A DNA stretch of 64,000 nt from Treponemataceae bacterium (GCA_963667725.2 CAXXHO010000003.1:1440001-1504000); one strand, 5' to 3'. Shown: positions 40,101 through 49,700, counted from the first letter of the stretch. Made by a program: numbers and translations. The notes: a model not told the origin generated them from the sequence alone.

Positions 40101-40449
40101 CGCCGGCCTCCGCTTCGATTTTCCAGCTTCCCACGCCTTTCTGCCGCTCAACAGTCATGCCGTCGCGCACATCGGTCACGCAGGTGCGGACGCCCGGAAC
40201 GCCGTCCACCATCATGACGCAGTCGGTGCAGCGCCCGATGCCGCAGAACATCCTGCGGGGAGATCCTTTCTTCGTATAGCGGAACACCTTGACGCCGGCG
40301 GCGATAAGCGCCGACATGATCGGCTCGCCGGCTCTCGCCTTCAGCGCCTTCCCCTCGAAGAAGATGGTGACTTCTTCCGTCGCCTCGAGGTCGCCGAGAA
40401 TGGCGTGATGGCCTATTCTCGAGCCTTCCTGAATGCTGCCGTCCTTCAT
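40090..40449 (-). CDS. 2Fe-2S protein, HcnA/sarcosine oxidase alpha N-terminal-like
   Basis: FCGIGRCTDC...VRTC. Confidence 0.87.
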   Translation of the reverse strand: MKDGSIQEGSRIGHHAILGDLEATEEVTIFFEGKALKARAGEPIMSALIAAGVKVFRYTKKGSPRRMFCGIGRCTDCVMMVDGVPGVRTCVTDVRDGMTVERQKGVGSWKIEAEAGDGN

Positions 40450-41324
40450 TTTAGGAGCCCCAGATCGGCGAGCGCCGCATGAAGGGCCGCGGTTACTTCC
40501 GTCGAGGCGTCCTTGAGGGGAGCCCGCAGGGAACCCGCGTTGAAGCCGCAGAGCCTGAGCGCCATTTTCACCGGCACGGGGTTCGGCTGGAGGAAAAGGG
40601 CCTTGTTGATGGCCTGCAGTTTCACGTGCAGGGCCGCCGCTTTGGCGTTGTCGCCGGCCAGGTAGGCTTCAATCATCTTTTTCATGATCCCGCCGGCCAC
40701 ATGTCCGGTCACCGACACGACTCCATAGCCGCCAATAGCGAGCGTGGGCAGGGTGAGCGAATCCTCGCCCGTATAGACCCTGAAGCCCGGCACCGCGTTC
40801 TTGATGACGATGGTCGTGTCGTCGAGCACGCCGGCGGCGTCCTTGAGCATCGTGATGTTCGGCACGTCGCGCGAAAGCTTCACGATGGTCTCAGGCCTGA
40901 TGCTTATGCCCGTTCTTCCCGGGACATTGTAGAGCATCGAGGGAATCTTCACCGACGAGGCTATGGCGGCGAAATGATCGTAGAGCATTCCCTGATCGGG
41001 CTTGTTGTAGTAAGGAGCGACGAGAAGAAGGCCATCGGCCCCGGCCTCCTCGGCGTCGAGAGCGTTCTGGATCGAGGCCGCCGTGCTGTTCGTGCCGGCG
41101 TTTCCGATGAGCGGCACGGAGACAGCCTTCCTCACCGCCTTTATGAGGTCTATCTTTTCCTGGCGCGTCAAGGTCGGCGATTCGCCTGTCGTTCCGCTCA
41201 GGACGAGGGCGTCGACGCCGTCGGCGATGAGCCGTTTTGCCAGTTCGACCGCTTTTCCGGGATCCAGTTCCAAGTCCTCGCGAAAAGGTGTTGCCATAGC
41301 GACAATGAGTCTTCCGAAATCCAT
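40446..41324 (-). CDS. dapA: 4-hydroxy-tetrahydrodipicolinate synthase
   Basis: GTTGES, PYYNKP, YNVPGRT, catalytic LKDA and NPVPVK. Confidence 0.88.
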   Translation of the reverse strand: MDFGRLIVAMATPFREDLELDPGKAVELAKRLIADGVDALVLSGTTGESPTLTRQEKIDLIKAVRKAVSVPLIGNAGTNSTAASIQNALDAEEAGADGLLLVAPYYNKPDQGMLYDHFAAIASSVKIPSMLYNVPGRTGISIRPETIVKLSRDVPNITMLKDAAGVLDDTTIVIKNAVPGFRVYTGEDSLTLPTLAIGGYGVVSVTGHVAGGIMKKMIEAYLAGDNAKAAALHVKLQAINKALFLQPNPVPVKMALRLCGFNAGSLRAPLKDASTEVTAALHAALADLGLLK

Positions 41325-41368
41325 CGTATTTCCTCCGTTATTGTTCCGCGGTCGACACGACCGCGCTT

Positions 41369-41650
41369 TCAGTCATCCATCGATTTGATTGAAACCGGAC
41401 GCACTGGCTGCCTGAAAGAAGCGATCTCCACTTCCTCCGGTTTCAGATGCAGTTCTTCCGCCAGAATTCTCTCCACGAGACGCCGGCAGGACCTGCCCTG
41501 ACATATACCCATGCCGGCTCGCGTCCAGCGCTTTACTTCGATGACACTCTTAGCTCCCGCGCGGATCGCGTCCCGGATTTCCTGCTCGGTGACTTCTTCG
41601 CATCGGCAGATATACTTTTCGTTTCCTTTAGCATTCTCTTCGGCCATCAC
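41369..41650 (-). CDS. BFD-like 2Fe-2S protein
   Basis: ICRCEEV...TRAGMGICQGRSC...RQPVRP. Confidence 0.87.
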   Translation of the reverse strand: MMAEENAKGNEKYICRCEEVTEQEIRDAIRAGAKSVIEVKRWTRAGMGICQGRSCRRLVERILAEELHLKPEEVEIASFRQPVRPVSIKSMDD

Positions 41651-41651
41651 C

Positions 41652-42377
41652 TTACTCCCTGTAATGTTCCCAATATTTCTTCACATCCTCGATGAGGGAA
41701 TCCATATGTCCGCTGATACACGTTTCCGCCTTGTCCGGATCATGAGCCGTCAGGGCCTCGAGGATCGATCGATGGGCTGTCCTGTAGTTTCCTCCGACCC
41801 GGCTCCGCATGAACTCAAAGAGTTCAGACTGCTGCCCCATCATGGCAAGGATGCCGTAAAGCGCAACCAGAGCCGAATTGGTGGAAGCTTCGGCAATGCC
41901 GCGGTGGAAGGCAATATCGACTTCCGCGATGCTTTCGCCTCTCGCCGCTTTGGCTTCCTGTTCTTCCAGAATCTGCTTGAGGTGTTCCAGCTTCGCTTCC
42001 GTGATGTTCTCGGCGGCCAGGCGCACTGTCTCTCTCTCTATAGCCTTTCTTGCCTGCAGCACCATGATATATTCATCGAGAATCCGGCTATCTATTAGAT
42101 TCTCCAGCTCTTTCCTATGCATATCGAACGATTTATAGCTTTTCGCCCTCTCTATGGCCTTCAGCCCCTGTTTCGTCAGCACGCGGCCTTTGTTCGTCCT
42201 GCTTTCCACATAGCCGAGTGACTCAAGCCTGTATAGAATTCGCCCGATAGATGCTGAACTGACCTTGCAATTCCTTTTTTCGCACTCCTCCACGAGACTC
42301 CAGGATCCGAGAGGCTCACCCGCGTCGCGGATGAATTCGAGCACCATCAGATCTCGCTCGTCGAGATTGGTTTTCAC
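41652..42377 (-). CDS. Transcriptional regulator with winged-HTH and FCD (GntR-type) ligand domain
   Basis: EPLGSWSL...GRILYRLESLGYV...GRVLT; FCD motifs ARKAIE, DIAFHRGIAEASTN and HRSIL; GTG start. Confidence 0.85.
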   Translation of the reverse strand: MKTNLDERDLMVLEFIRDAGEPLGSWSLVEECEKRNCKVSSASIGRILYRLESLGYVESRTNKGRVLTKQGLKAIERAKSYKSFDMHRKELENLIDSRILDEYIMVLQARKAIERETVRLAAENITEAKLEHLKQILEEQEAKAARGESIAEVDIAFHRGIAEASTNSALVALYGILAMMGQQSELFEFMRSRVGGNYRTAHRSILEALTAHDPDKAETCISGHMDSLIEDVKKYWEHYRE

Positions 42378-42390
42378 GCGATAATTCCTT

Positions 42391-43575
42391 TCAGACGCTT
42401 TGGAAGCGCCCAGGAGCAAATTTTTCGAGAGAAAATTCCGGCGTCACTCCGCAGACGAGATCGGCCATCACCCTGCCAGTTATTGGCGATAGGGCAATGC
42501 CGTCGCCTTCGTGACCGGCGGCTATGAAGAAGCCCGGCGCGCCGGGGATCTCCCCGAGGAAGGGCATTCCATCCGGTGTCGAAGGCCGCAGGCCGGCGAA
42601 GGTCCTTATAAAGTTTATCTTTTCCATCACGGGGAAGAACCGCTTGGCTTGGGCGGCCAGCAAAGCGAGAGCGTCGGGATTGGTAGTCTTGTCGAAGCCA
42701 ACGTTCTCCCTTGTGGAGCCGATGAGATAGTTGCCGCTGTGCGTCCCCGTGAAAGCAAATCCCAGGCCAAACTTATCGCCGGGCTTGGCCGAGGCGTCTT
42801 TGGGAACCGCCTGCGGTCTCAACTTCGAGACAATATACTGAGCGCTCCAGACGTTGGTTTCCCCGAGCGGAGGAATGGATTCTGTGACAATGACCTGACC
42901 TTTCCGCGGTGTTATGGGCACCTCAAAGCCTATGAGTCTGGTGACTTCGTTTGCCCAGGCACCCGTCGCGTTGACGACACTTTCCGCCTCAACCACATCT
43001 CCCGTTGAGAGGCTGAGCACCCAATAACCATCGCGCTTAGCGATTTCAGTTGGCCTTGCCCGGTCCATAAATCTAAGGCCATGCTTTTTTGCGCCGAGAA
43101 GGAATCCCTTCATGAGGAGCATAGGGTTAACCTGGGAGTCGCGCTCGCTATACGTGGAAGCGATGATGTCCCTGGCAACCAGCGGCTGCAGCTCGCGAAG
43201 ACGTTTGGCGTCGATTATCTCGACCTTGAGGCCATAACTGTTCTGGCTGGCGACAAAGTCCTCCATTACCTTGAGATGCTCCTCATCCTCTATCAGGATG
43301 GTTCCGCCGTGGGTATCAAATTCAATATCGCAGGGAAGCTCCTGCTTCAGGCCTTCAAAAAGCTCCAGGCTCCTGAATGCCATTTCGAGAAGAATGCCAG
43401 GTTTCTTGGACTGGAGAAGGATCATGTCATCGCAGGAACCGGAAGCGCCGGCGCCCGGAACTACCTTGTCTATAAGAATCACGTTCTTACCGCGCTTGCA
43501 TAGTTCATAGGCTATGGATGTTCCATTGACGCCGGCGCCAAGCACCGCCACATCGCATTTCGTTGTCGCCATCAT
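42391..43575 (-). CDS. FAD-dependent D-amino-acid/imino-acid oxidase family subunit (HcnC/OoxB/SoxB-like)
   Basis: LGAGVNG, NATGAWA, PRKGQ, FAGLRPSTPDG and GHEGDGIALSPITG. Confidence 0.9.
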   Translation of the reverse strand: MMATTKCDVAVLGAGVNGTSIAYELCKRGKNVILIDKVVPGAGASGSCDDMILLQSKKPGILLEMAFRSLELFEGLKQELPCDIEFDTHGGTILIEDEEHLKVMEDFVASQNSYGLKVEIIDAKRLRELQPLVARDIIASTYSERDSQVNPMLLMKGFLLGAKKHGLRFMDRARPTEIAKRDGYWVLSLSTGDVVEAESVVNATGAWANEVTRLIGFEVPITPRKGQVIVTESIPPLGETNVWSAQYIVSKLRPQAVPKDASAKPGDKFGLGFAFTGTHSGNYLIGSTRENVGFDKTTNPDALALLAAQAKRFFPVMEKINFIRTFAGLRPSTPDGMPFLGEIPGAPGFFIAAGHEGDGIALSPITGRVMADLVCGVTPEFSLEKFAPGRFQSV

Positions 43576-44304
43576 TTAGCCTCTGTCCTGAATCAAGCCG
43601 GAATGGATATATCCCGCAAGCGTCACGATGTCGAACACCGGCCTGCCGCAGGATTCCTGAATCGCCTTTCTGAAAGGGGGCATATTCGTACACTCCAAAA
43701 CTATGAAATTTATGTCGGGATGTCGATCCACGAGTCTGCGGGCGACACTTCTTAGCTCGGTTTCCGCCTTGCCTCTATCGAGACATGGTACTGAATCGAT
43801 GTCTCCCTTCTCTAGAAATACTCTCGTGAATTCTGGACTATCGTCCATTCCCGCTACCGCCAAGGGAAGCCCAGATGCTCCGCATTGGTCAAAATGCCGG
43901 CTGCCGAGCGAAGAAGCCCGCGCGGTCATTACTCCAATTTTTCCCTTTCCTCCGAAAAGCGAGAACAGAAAGGGAATCTGCAGGAGACTGGAAGTGAAAA
44001 CCGGAATACTGACCGCCGCCGCGAGCTCTTTCTGGAAGAGGACGAGAAAGCCGCAGCTTGTCGTTATGGCTTCCACGCCTTCCGCCTCAAGCTCCCGCGC
44101 CGCGGCGATGAAGGGATCGAGGAGAGCGGGGTCACCCTCCTCTACCACACGCTTCGGCGAAGCTCCCTCGACCTTGAGGTAGCGTACGGGAAAAGGAAAG
44201 GTACGGGCATTCCCTATGTCCCCGGGAATTCGGGGAAACCTCGTGTCCAGCATCAAGATGCCGAGAGATTGACCATAGGTTGTATACCCTCCCTTCGCGA
44301 TCAT
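43576..44304 (-). CDS. Aspartate/glutamate/hydantoin racemase family protein
   Basis: Two-cysteine motifs TTSCGF and LECTNMPP. Confidence 0.85.
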   Translation of the reverse strand: MIAKGGYTTYGQSLGILMLDTRFPRIPGDIGNARTFPFPVRYLKVEGASPKRVVEEGDPALLDPFIAAARELEAEGVEAITTSCGFLVLFQKELAAAVSIPVFTSSLLQIPFLFSLFGGKGKIGVMTARASSLGSRHFDQCGASGLPLAVAGMDDSPEFTRVFLEKGDIDSVPCLDRGKAETELRSVARRLVDRHPDINFIVLECTNMPPFRKAIQESCGRPVFDIVTLAGYIHSGLIQDRG

Positions 44305-46214
44305 GCAAATGCCTCCATGTGGGCTTTGACCGCTTTCTTGTTGAGGATGAAGAAGGCGATCAGTATCACGGCGGAAGCAACGATTATGATGATCTGAGGA
44401 ACAAGCTGCGTCATGATGGAAACATTACAGACGAGGACGACGAGCGCGGCGGTAAAGACGCCCAGGAGCATCTGCAGCACTCTGCCGATATTTTTAAAGA
44501 GATAGCCCGTGAAGGTCGCGGACCAGAGCATGGAGATGATCAGACCCAGAAGGAAGGTCGCGAGGATATCCAGCGGAGTACCTTTCAGGATCAGGGCGTT
44601 ATTGTAGACGAATATGAAGGGAATAAGATAACCCATGATAGCCAGCATGGATGCCTCAACCCCAGTGGCCAGAGGTTTAGTGCCCGCAATAGCCGCTCCG
44701 CAATAGGACGCGATGCATACAGGAGGCGTTACCTCAGCCATTATGGCGAAATAGAATACGAAGAGATGGGCAGGCAGGACATCGATGCCGAGAGCCATCA
44801 TGGCCGGTCCACCGATCGTCACCGCGATAATGTACGCGGGTGTGCAGGGCAAACCCATGCCGAGCAGAAGGCATGTAAGCATGACGAGAATCAGCGCAGG
44901 AAGGAGGAAACCGCCCGAGAGGCTCTGGATGGCCGTGGCGATGCCGAGAGCCAAGCCTGTGTAGGTAACAACGCTGACAACTATGCCTGCGCCTGCGCAG
45001 GTAACGCCCAACATTATGCAGTTATAGCCGGAATTCTCAAAAATCTGAAAAAGCTTTTTCGGCGTAAGTCTCGTATCCTTGCGGAAAAAGCTGAGAACGA
45101 AGGACGAAGCGATCGAGTAGATGCAGGCTCCGAAAGGTGAATAGCCTATGACAAGGAAGGCGATAAGGACCACGAGGGGGAGGAGGAGATAAGAATCCAT
45201 GATGATCTGCTTCCAGGAGAGCATGTCCTTGGGATCCATCGCCTTGAGGTGTTCTTTGAGCGCTACGAAGTGCACTCGCCAGTAGATGCTCACATAGTAA
45301 AGGATCGCGCCCAAGGCTGCCGCCAGGGCTATCGTCGCATATGGGATATTCGTGATCTCAGACATCACGAAGGCTCCAGCGCCCATTATCGGCGGCATGA
45401 TGAGCCCTCCCGTCGATGCCGCGGCCTCAACGGCGCCGGCGAACTGGGGTCTGTATCCGAGCTTTTTCATGAGAGGTATGGTGAAGGTCCCCGTGGCGTA
45501 GACATTGGCCGACGCGACGCCCGATATGGAGCCGAAAAGGCCGGAACTGATGACGGCGATCTTGGCCGGACCGCCCGGCCCCCGCCCCGCGATCTTGGTG
45601 GCAAAATTGGTGAAAAACGCGCCGGTCTTCGTCGTTTCCATGAAACAGCCAAAAATGACGAAAATGGCAACAAAGGTCGCCGTAACGCCGGTGATCGCTC
45701 CGTAGATGCCCGTATCGGTCAGCAGATAATTCATCTCGACAATGCGGGCAAAACGTGTGGGCCTCGCATAAAAAATGCCTGGCAAATATGGGGCTACGAA
45801 AACGTAAAGAATAAAGACCCCGACCAGCACCGCCATGGCTGGCACGACGACACGCCGAATCGCCTCGAGGATGAGCAATATGTTTATGGTCCCCAGAACT
45901 ACTTGAAGTGTAGACACCGAGGAGACCATCTGCATTCGCATATTGAGCGGCTCATTGTAGATGATGATATAGAGGGCCGGCACGAAGGAGAGGAGGGCGA
46001 GCAGAACGTCCAAAATGGTCGGCCTGTCGACTGGAGACTTCGTTTTGGATGCCGGAAATAGGATGAAAGCCATTGGAAGCAGAAACAACAAATGAACGCC
46101 TCGCTGGACGCGGGGCTGCATGACGCCAAAAACCGCCGTGTAAAGATAGAACAGGGCGATTATGGCAGACCATATACCAACCAAGGTCTTGAGCGGACCT
46201 GTGAGTTTTCGCAT
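44301..46214 (-). CDS. TRAP transporter fused 4TM/12TM permease (TAXI type)
   Basis: GPGGPAKIAVISS, EAAASTGGLIMPPIMGAGAF and VTPPV. Confidence 0.93.
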   Translation of the reverse strand: MRKLTGPLKTLVGIWSAIIALFYLYTAVFGVMQPRVQRGVHLLFLLPMAFILFPASKTKSPVDRPTILDVLLALLSFVPALYIIIYNEPLNMRMQMVSSVSTLQVVLGTINILLILEAIRRVVVPAMAVLVGVFILYVFVAPYLPGIFYARPTRFARIVEMNYLLTDTGIYGAITGVTATFVAIFVIFGCFMETTKTGAFFTNFATKIAGRGPGGPAKIAVISSGLFGSISGVASANVYATGTFTIPLMKKLGYRPQFAGAVEAAASTGGLIMPPIMGAGAFVMSEITNIPYATIALAAALGAILYYVSIYWRVHFVALKEHLKAMDPKDMLSWKQIIMDSYLLLPLVVLIAFLVIGYSPFGACIYSIASSFVLSFFRKDTRLTPKKLFQIFENSGYNCIMLGVTCAGAGIVVSVVTYTGLALGIATAIQSLSGGFLLPALILVMLTCLLLGMGLPCTPAYIIAVTIGGPAMMALGIDVLPAHLFVFYFAIMAEVTPPVCIASYCGAAIAGTKPLATGVEASMLAIMGYLIPFIFVYNNALILKGTPLDILATFLLGLIISMLWSATFTGYLFKNIGRVLQMLLGVFTAALVVLVCNVSIMTQLVPQIIIIVASAVILIAFFILNKKAVKAHMEAFA

Positions 46215-46254
46215 AAATTCCCCTTTTGGAAAAAAACGGATCAGTCAGGGAACC

Positions 46255-46288
46255 GGAGCGGCGCTTCAGGTCTCTGAAACGCCGCTCC
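46255..46288 (-). other. Intergenic stem-loop between TAXI binding protein and permease
   Basis: GGAGCGGCGCTTCAG...CTGAAACGCCGCTCC inverted repeat. Confidence 0.65.
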
Positions 46289-46317
46289 AATCCAAGAAAA
46301 GCAGAATATAGAACGGA

Positions 46318-47340
46318 TTATTTCATCAAGCCCGCTTCGCGATAATACTTAAGGGCGCCTGGGTGCAGGGGGACCTGAACGGTGGTGCCGGCATTCTTGG
46401 GCTCGAAAACCTTATATCCTGCGCCCATCTGGAGCAGGAAGTCTTTGTTCTCGTTGAGAACTTTCGTGAGGACATAGACGACATCATCAGAAAGTTTCGG
46501 GCTGACAAGCATTTCTGTCGAATGACAGAGTGTCTGGATGTCGCTGGGCATACCTGTGTACGTGCCGCCGGGAACCCTGGCTAGTCCAGAATTGAGGGCG
46601 ACTGTTCCATAGGTGGTGGCGCAGAAATTGATGAGCTCATCGGAGAGCGCCATGAGGGTGGCGGGTCTGCCCATCGCCATTTCGGTGATGATTGCCGCGG
46701 GGAGTCCGACGCAGGTGAAGGCGTAATCGACGTGGCGGTCCTTGAAGAGGCTCGTCATGTCGCCATAGATGGCCTGGATCACCTTACCGCCGTTCTGTTT
46801 GATCTTGTCATAGGAAATGCCATAATGCTGGAGCACAAAGGAGGTCATGACATATTCGGAAGTACCGGTCATGGGTGCCGCGACGTTCAGTTTGTCGCCC
46901 TTCTTAACCTTGGCGACAAACTGGTCGAGGGTAGTGACGCCCTGATCCTTGGCGGCCAGGAAGTGATAGTAATCGACGGCGAGAGTGCCAGCAAAAGCCG
47001 AGATCCTCTTATATGACTTGTCATAGATCGGCGCCGTACCGTTAAAGGCTGCCTTGTCCACATAACCGACGCCCCAGGCTATATCGGCGTCTCCCTGATC
47101 GAGAGCGATGGGGTTGGCCACTCCGCCGCCCGGGACGACCTTGATAGTGATGCGAGGCTCTTTTTCATTGACAAGGCGCGCGAAACCGCCTGCCACCGTG
47201 TACCAGCCGCCGCCCATGCCGCCCGCTACCCATGTATAGGTTCCCGCTTTCATGTTCGCCGGACCTACCTGCGCGTAAGCCATACCCGCTGCGACAAAGC
47301 AAAGAACCAACAGCGCCAAGGGCTTCCCTAACTTTTTCAT
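46318..47340 (-). CDS. TAXI-family TRAP solute-binding protein
   Basis: Signal peptide; AGGMGGGWY, PGGGVAN and VPLHPGALKYYRE. Confidence 0.92.
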   Translation of the reverse strand: MKKLGKPLALLVLCFVAAGMAYAQVGPANMKAGTYTWVAGGMGGGWYTVAGGFARLVNEKEPRITIKVVPGGGVANPIALDQGDADIAWGVGYVDKAAFNGTAPIYDKSYKRISAFAGTLAVDYYHFLAAKDQGVTTLDQFVAKVKKGDKLNVAAPMTGTSEYVMTSFVLQHYGISYDKIKQNGGKVIQAIYGDMTSLFKDRHVDYAFTCVGLPAAIITEMAMGRPATLMALSDELINFCATTYGTVALNSGLARVPGGTYTGMPSDIQTLCHSTEMLVSPKLSDDVVYVLTKVLNENKDFLLQMGAGYKVFEPKNAGTTVQVPLHPGALKYYREAGLMK

Positions 47341-47369
47341 GTGTGCCTCCTATGGAAATTTCTCTACCA

Positions 47370-47416
47370 CTCATCAGTAGATGAGCAATCGTACGACAAG
47401 TATTTGAACCTGTCAA
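47370..47416 (-). promoter_or_regulatory. Sigma70 promoter and candidate operator of the TRAP-dap operon
   Basis: Minus-strand TTGACA-N17-TACGAT (47416-47388); palindrome CTCATC-AGTA-GATGAG at 47370-47385. Confidence 0.65.
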
Positions 47417-47478
47417 GAAAAATTTATAGTATATTTATGCTGATTTACAGAGGGAAAACAAATTTTTATGAATAATTT

Positions 47479-49071
47479 TTACAAAATCGGGCGCTCAAAA
47501 ACCAATTTGCCGGCGACTGCCGTCGCTGAAACCTTTGTTATCCGAAGCGAGTTCTCATCATCCTCGATCAAATCGCCATCGAGAACGGTGAAGTCGGCCC
47601 ACTTTCCGGGCTCGAGGCTCCCCCTGCCGCCTTCCTCGAAATTGGCGCGCGCGGCCCAGATCGTCATGGCGCGCAGGGCATCGGCCCGGGACATGGCTTG
47701 CGAAGGCCTGTAGCCTCCTTCAGGCAGCCATGCGTCGTCCTTCCTGAAAACCGCCGAGCGGAAACCGCGCAGCGGTTCTAGTCTCTCTATGGGAAAGTCG
47801 CTGCCGTTGGCCAGCCAGCCGTTCTGCGCGAGGAGGTCGCGGTAGCGGTGCGAGCGGGACATGCGTTCATGTCCAAGACGCGTTTCGGTCCAGGCCATGT
47901 CGGAGGTGGCGTGGCTGGTCTGTACCGAGGGGATGATGTTGAGGCGGCCGAAACGCGGAAGGTCGTCGTCGTGGACAAGCTGGGCGTGCTCGACGCGCCA
48001 GCGCAGATCGTTGCCAGGTTCGAGAAATCTTTCGTAGGTATTGAGAACGAGGCGGGCGGCCGCGTCGCCGATGGCGTGGACATTCATCTGGAATCCGCTG
48101 GCCTTGGCGATTCCGCAGACACGCGCGAGCTCGTCGGGGTCCAGGGTAAAAAGGCCGCGGTTTCCAGGATCGTCGGCGTAGGGCTCCAGGAGACGCGCGC
48201 CCCGCGAGCCCAGGGCTCCGTCGGCGAACATCTTGAAAGACCTGACCGTGAGCCTATCGCCGGCACTAGGACCGCGCGACGCGAAATATTCGATATTCTC
48301 CAGGGTAGGCAGCAGCATGACATAGATGCGGATGGGGAGATCCCCCTCCCCCTGCATTTTTTCCATGAAGAGCGCGTCGTTTTTTTCGGTTCCGGCGTTG
48401 GAAACCGAGGTAAGCCCGGCGGCGAAGCACTTCTCCTGGGCGACGAGGAGGGCTTGCCTCGTGGTCGCTTCGCCAGGCGAGGGAATTACGCTTTTCACCC
48501 TGTCGACGGCGTTGTCCAGGAGAAGCCCTGTGGGACGGCCGCCCGAAACGACGATTGTCCCGCCGTCAATGCGGGACGCCGCGTCTATGCCCGCGGCGGA
48601 GAGGGCGGCGGAATTGGCCATGGCGGCGTGTCCGTCGACGCGGATCGCCAGGACAGGGACGCGGGGAAAGGCTCTATCGAGAAGCTCATTGCTGGGGAAT
48701 TGTCCCGATTCCCATGTGTTCTGGTCCCAGCCGCGGCCCTGGACCCAGGGCTCAGGGCTATTGGTGGCATGCGCGACAAGTCTCGCCACCGTTTCCTCCC
48801 AGGACCTAGCGCCGAAAAGCTGGGCGCGCTGAAGGACGTAGCCATAGCTCAGGAAGTGGCAGTGCGGATCCATGAAGCCAGGGTAGACGACGGCATTTCC
48901 GAAATCGAGCCGCCGTCGCGGCGAGAATGCCTCTTCCATATCGTCGCGCCTTCCGACGGCAATAACGCGGCCGAGGTCGACGGCCACGCACTCGGCGACG
49001 GAGAAGGCTTTATCCACGGTATAGATGCGGCGAGCGTTGACGATGAGATCGACTCGGGTCTTCATGCCCAT
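47479..49071 (-). CDS. YtcJ-like metal-dependent amidohydrolase
   Basis: PGFMDPHCH, KMFADGALGS, HAIGD, RVEHAQ and GSDFP. Confidence 0.9.
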   Translation of the reverse strand: MGMKTRVDLIVNARRIYTVDKAFSVAECVAVDLGRVIAVGRRDDMEEAFSPRRRLDFGNAVVYPGFMDPHCHFLSYGYVLQRAQLFGARSWEETVARLVAHATNSPEPWVQGRGWDQNTWESGQFPSNELLDRAFPRVPVLAIRVDGHAAMANSAALSAAGIDAASRIDGGTIVVSGGRPTGLLLDNAVDRVKSVIPSPGEATTRQALLVAQEKCFAAGLTSVSNAGTEKNDALFMEKMQGEGDLPIRIYVMLLPTLENIEYFASRGPSAGDRLTVRSFKMFADGALGSRGARLLEPYADDPGNRGLFTLDPDELARVCGIAKASGFQMNVHAIGDAAARLVLNTYERFLEPGNDLRWRVEHAQLVHDDDLPRFGRLNIIPSVQTSHATSDMAWTETRLGHERMSRSHRYRDLLAQNGWLANGSDFPIERLEPLRGFRSAVFRKDDAWLPEGGYRPSQAMSRADALRAMTIWAARANFEEGGRGSLEPGKWADFTVLDGDLIEDDENSLRITKVSATAVAGKLVFERPIL

Positions 49072-49141
49072 TTCCCTGCCTTTGACATTCGCGTGCGTTT
49101 TTTCGAATATTATCGTATAGCAGTTTCCAAAGGAAAAACCA

Positions 49142-49645
49142 GTGCAAGAGTCAAACTTTTATGATTTCGAGGTCAAGTCCGGAAACGGCTCGGCCTTTTC
49201 ACTGAAGGGGCTCGAGGAAAAAGTCCTCCTCATCGTCAACACGGCGAGCAAGTGCGGCTTCACGCCTCAATACAAGGGGCTAGAGGAGCTGCACCGTAAG
49301 TATGGGGATAAGGGGCTCGTCGTCCTGGGCTTTCCCTGCGACCAGTTCGCCCATCAGGAACCGGGCAGCGACGAGGAAATCGCGAGTTTCTGCCAGGTAA
49401 ATTTCGGCGTCACCTTCCCGATCATGTCAAAGGTTCTCGTGAACGGACCCGACGCCCATCCCCTCTTCCTCCTCCTGCGCAAGCGCACCGCCGGCATCCT
49501 GGGCGATGCCGTCAAATGGAATTTCACGAAATTCCTCGTATCGCCGGGCGCCAGGCGGGTCAAGCGCTACGAATCCTTCGTGACGCCGGAAAAGCTCGAG
49601 GCTGACATCGAAAAAATGCTTACGTCGCGGCCGGTTGGCCAATAA
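49142..49645 (+). CDS. Glutathione peroxidase family protein (Cys-type)
   Basis: VNTASKCGFT, GFPCDQF and KWNFTKFL. Confidence 0.93.
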   Translation: MQESNFYDFEVKSGNGSAFSLKGLEEKVLLIVNTASKCGFTPQYKGLEELHRKYGDKGLVVLGFPCDQFAHQEPGSDEEIASFCQVNFGVTFPIMSKVLVNGPDAHPLFLLLRKRTAGILGDAVKWNFTKFLVSPGARRVKRYESFVTPEKLEADIEKMLTSRPVGQ

Positions 49646-49669
49646 GCCGCATTGATATGATCAATCGAT

Positions 49670-49700
49670 AAAAAAGGGCGCCCTTTCGGGGCGCCCTTTT
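49670..49700. terminator. Bidirectional intrinsic terminator
   Basis: AAAAAAGGGCGCCC-TTTCG-GGGCGCCCTTTT between convergent genes. Confidence 0.85.

Noticed and set aside
38491..43575. Hydrogen cyanide synthase hcnABC
   Set aside because: Same subunit families, but importer, racemase and dap context argue for amino-acid derivative metabolism
49142..49645. Selenocysteine in glutathione peroxidase
   Set aside because: Active-site codon is TGC (Cys); no in-frame TGA
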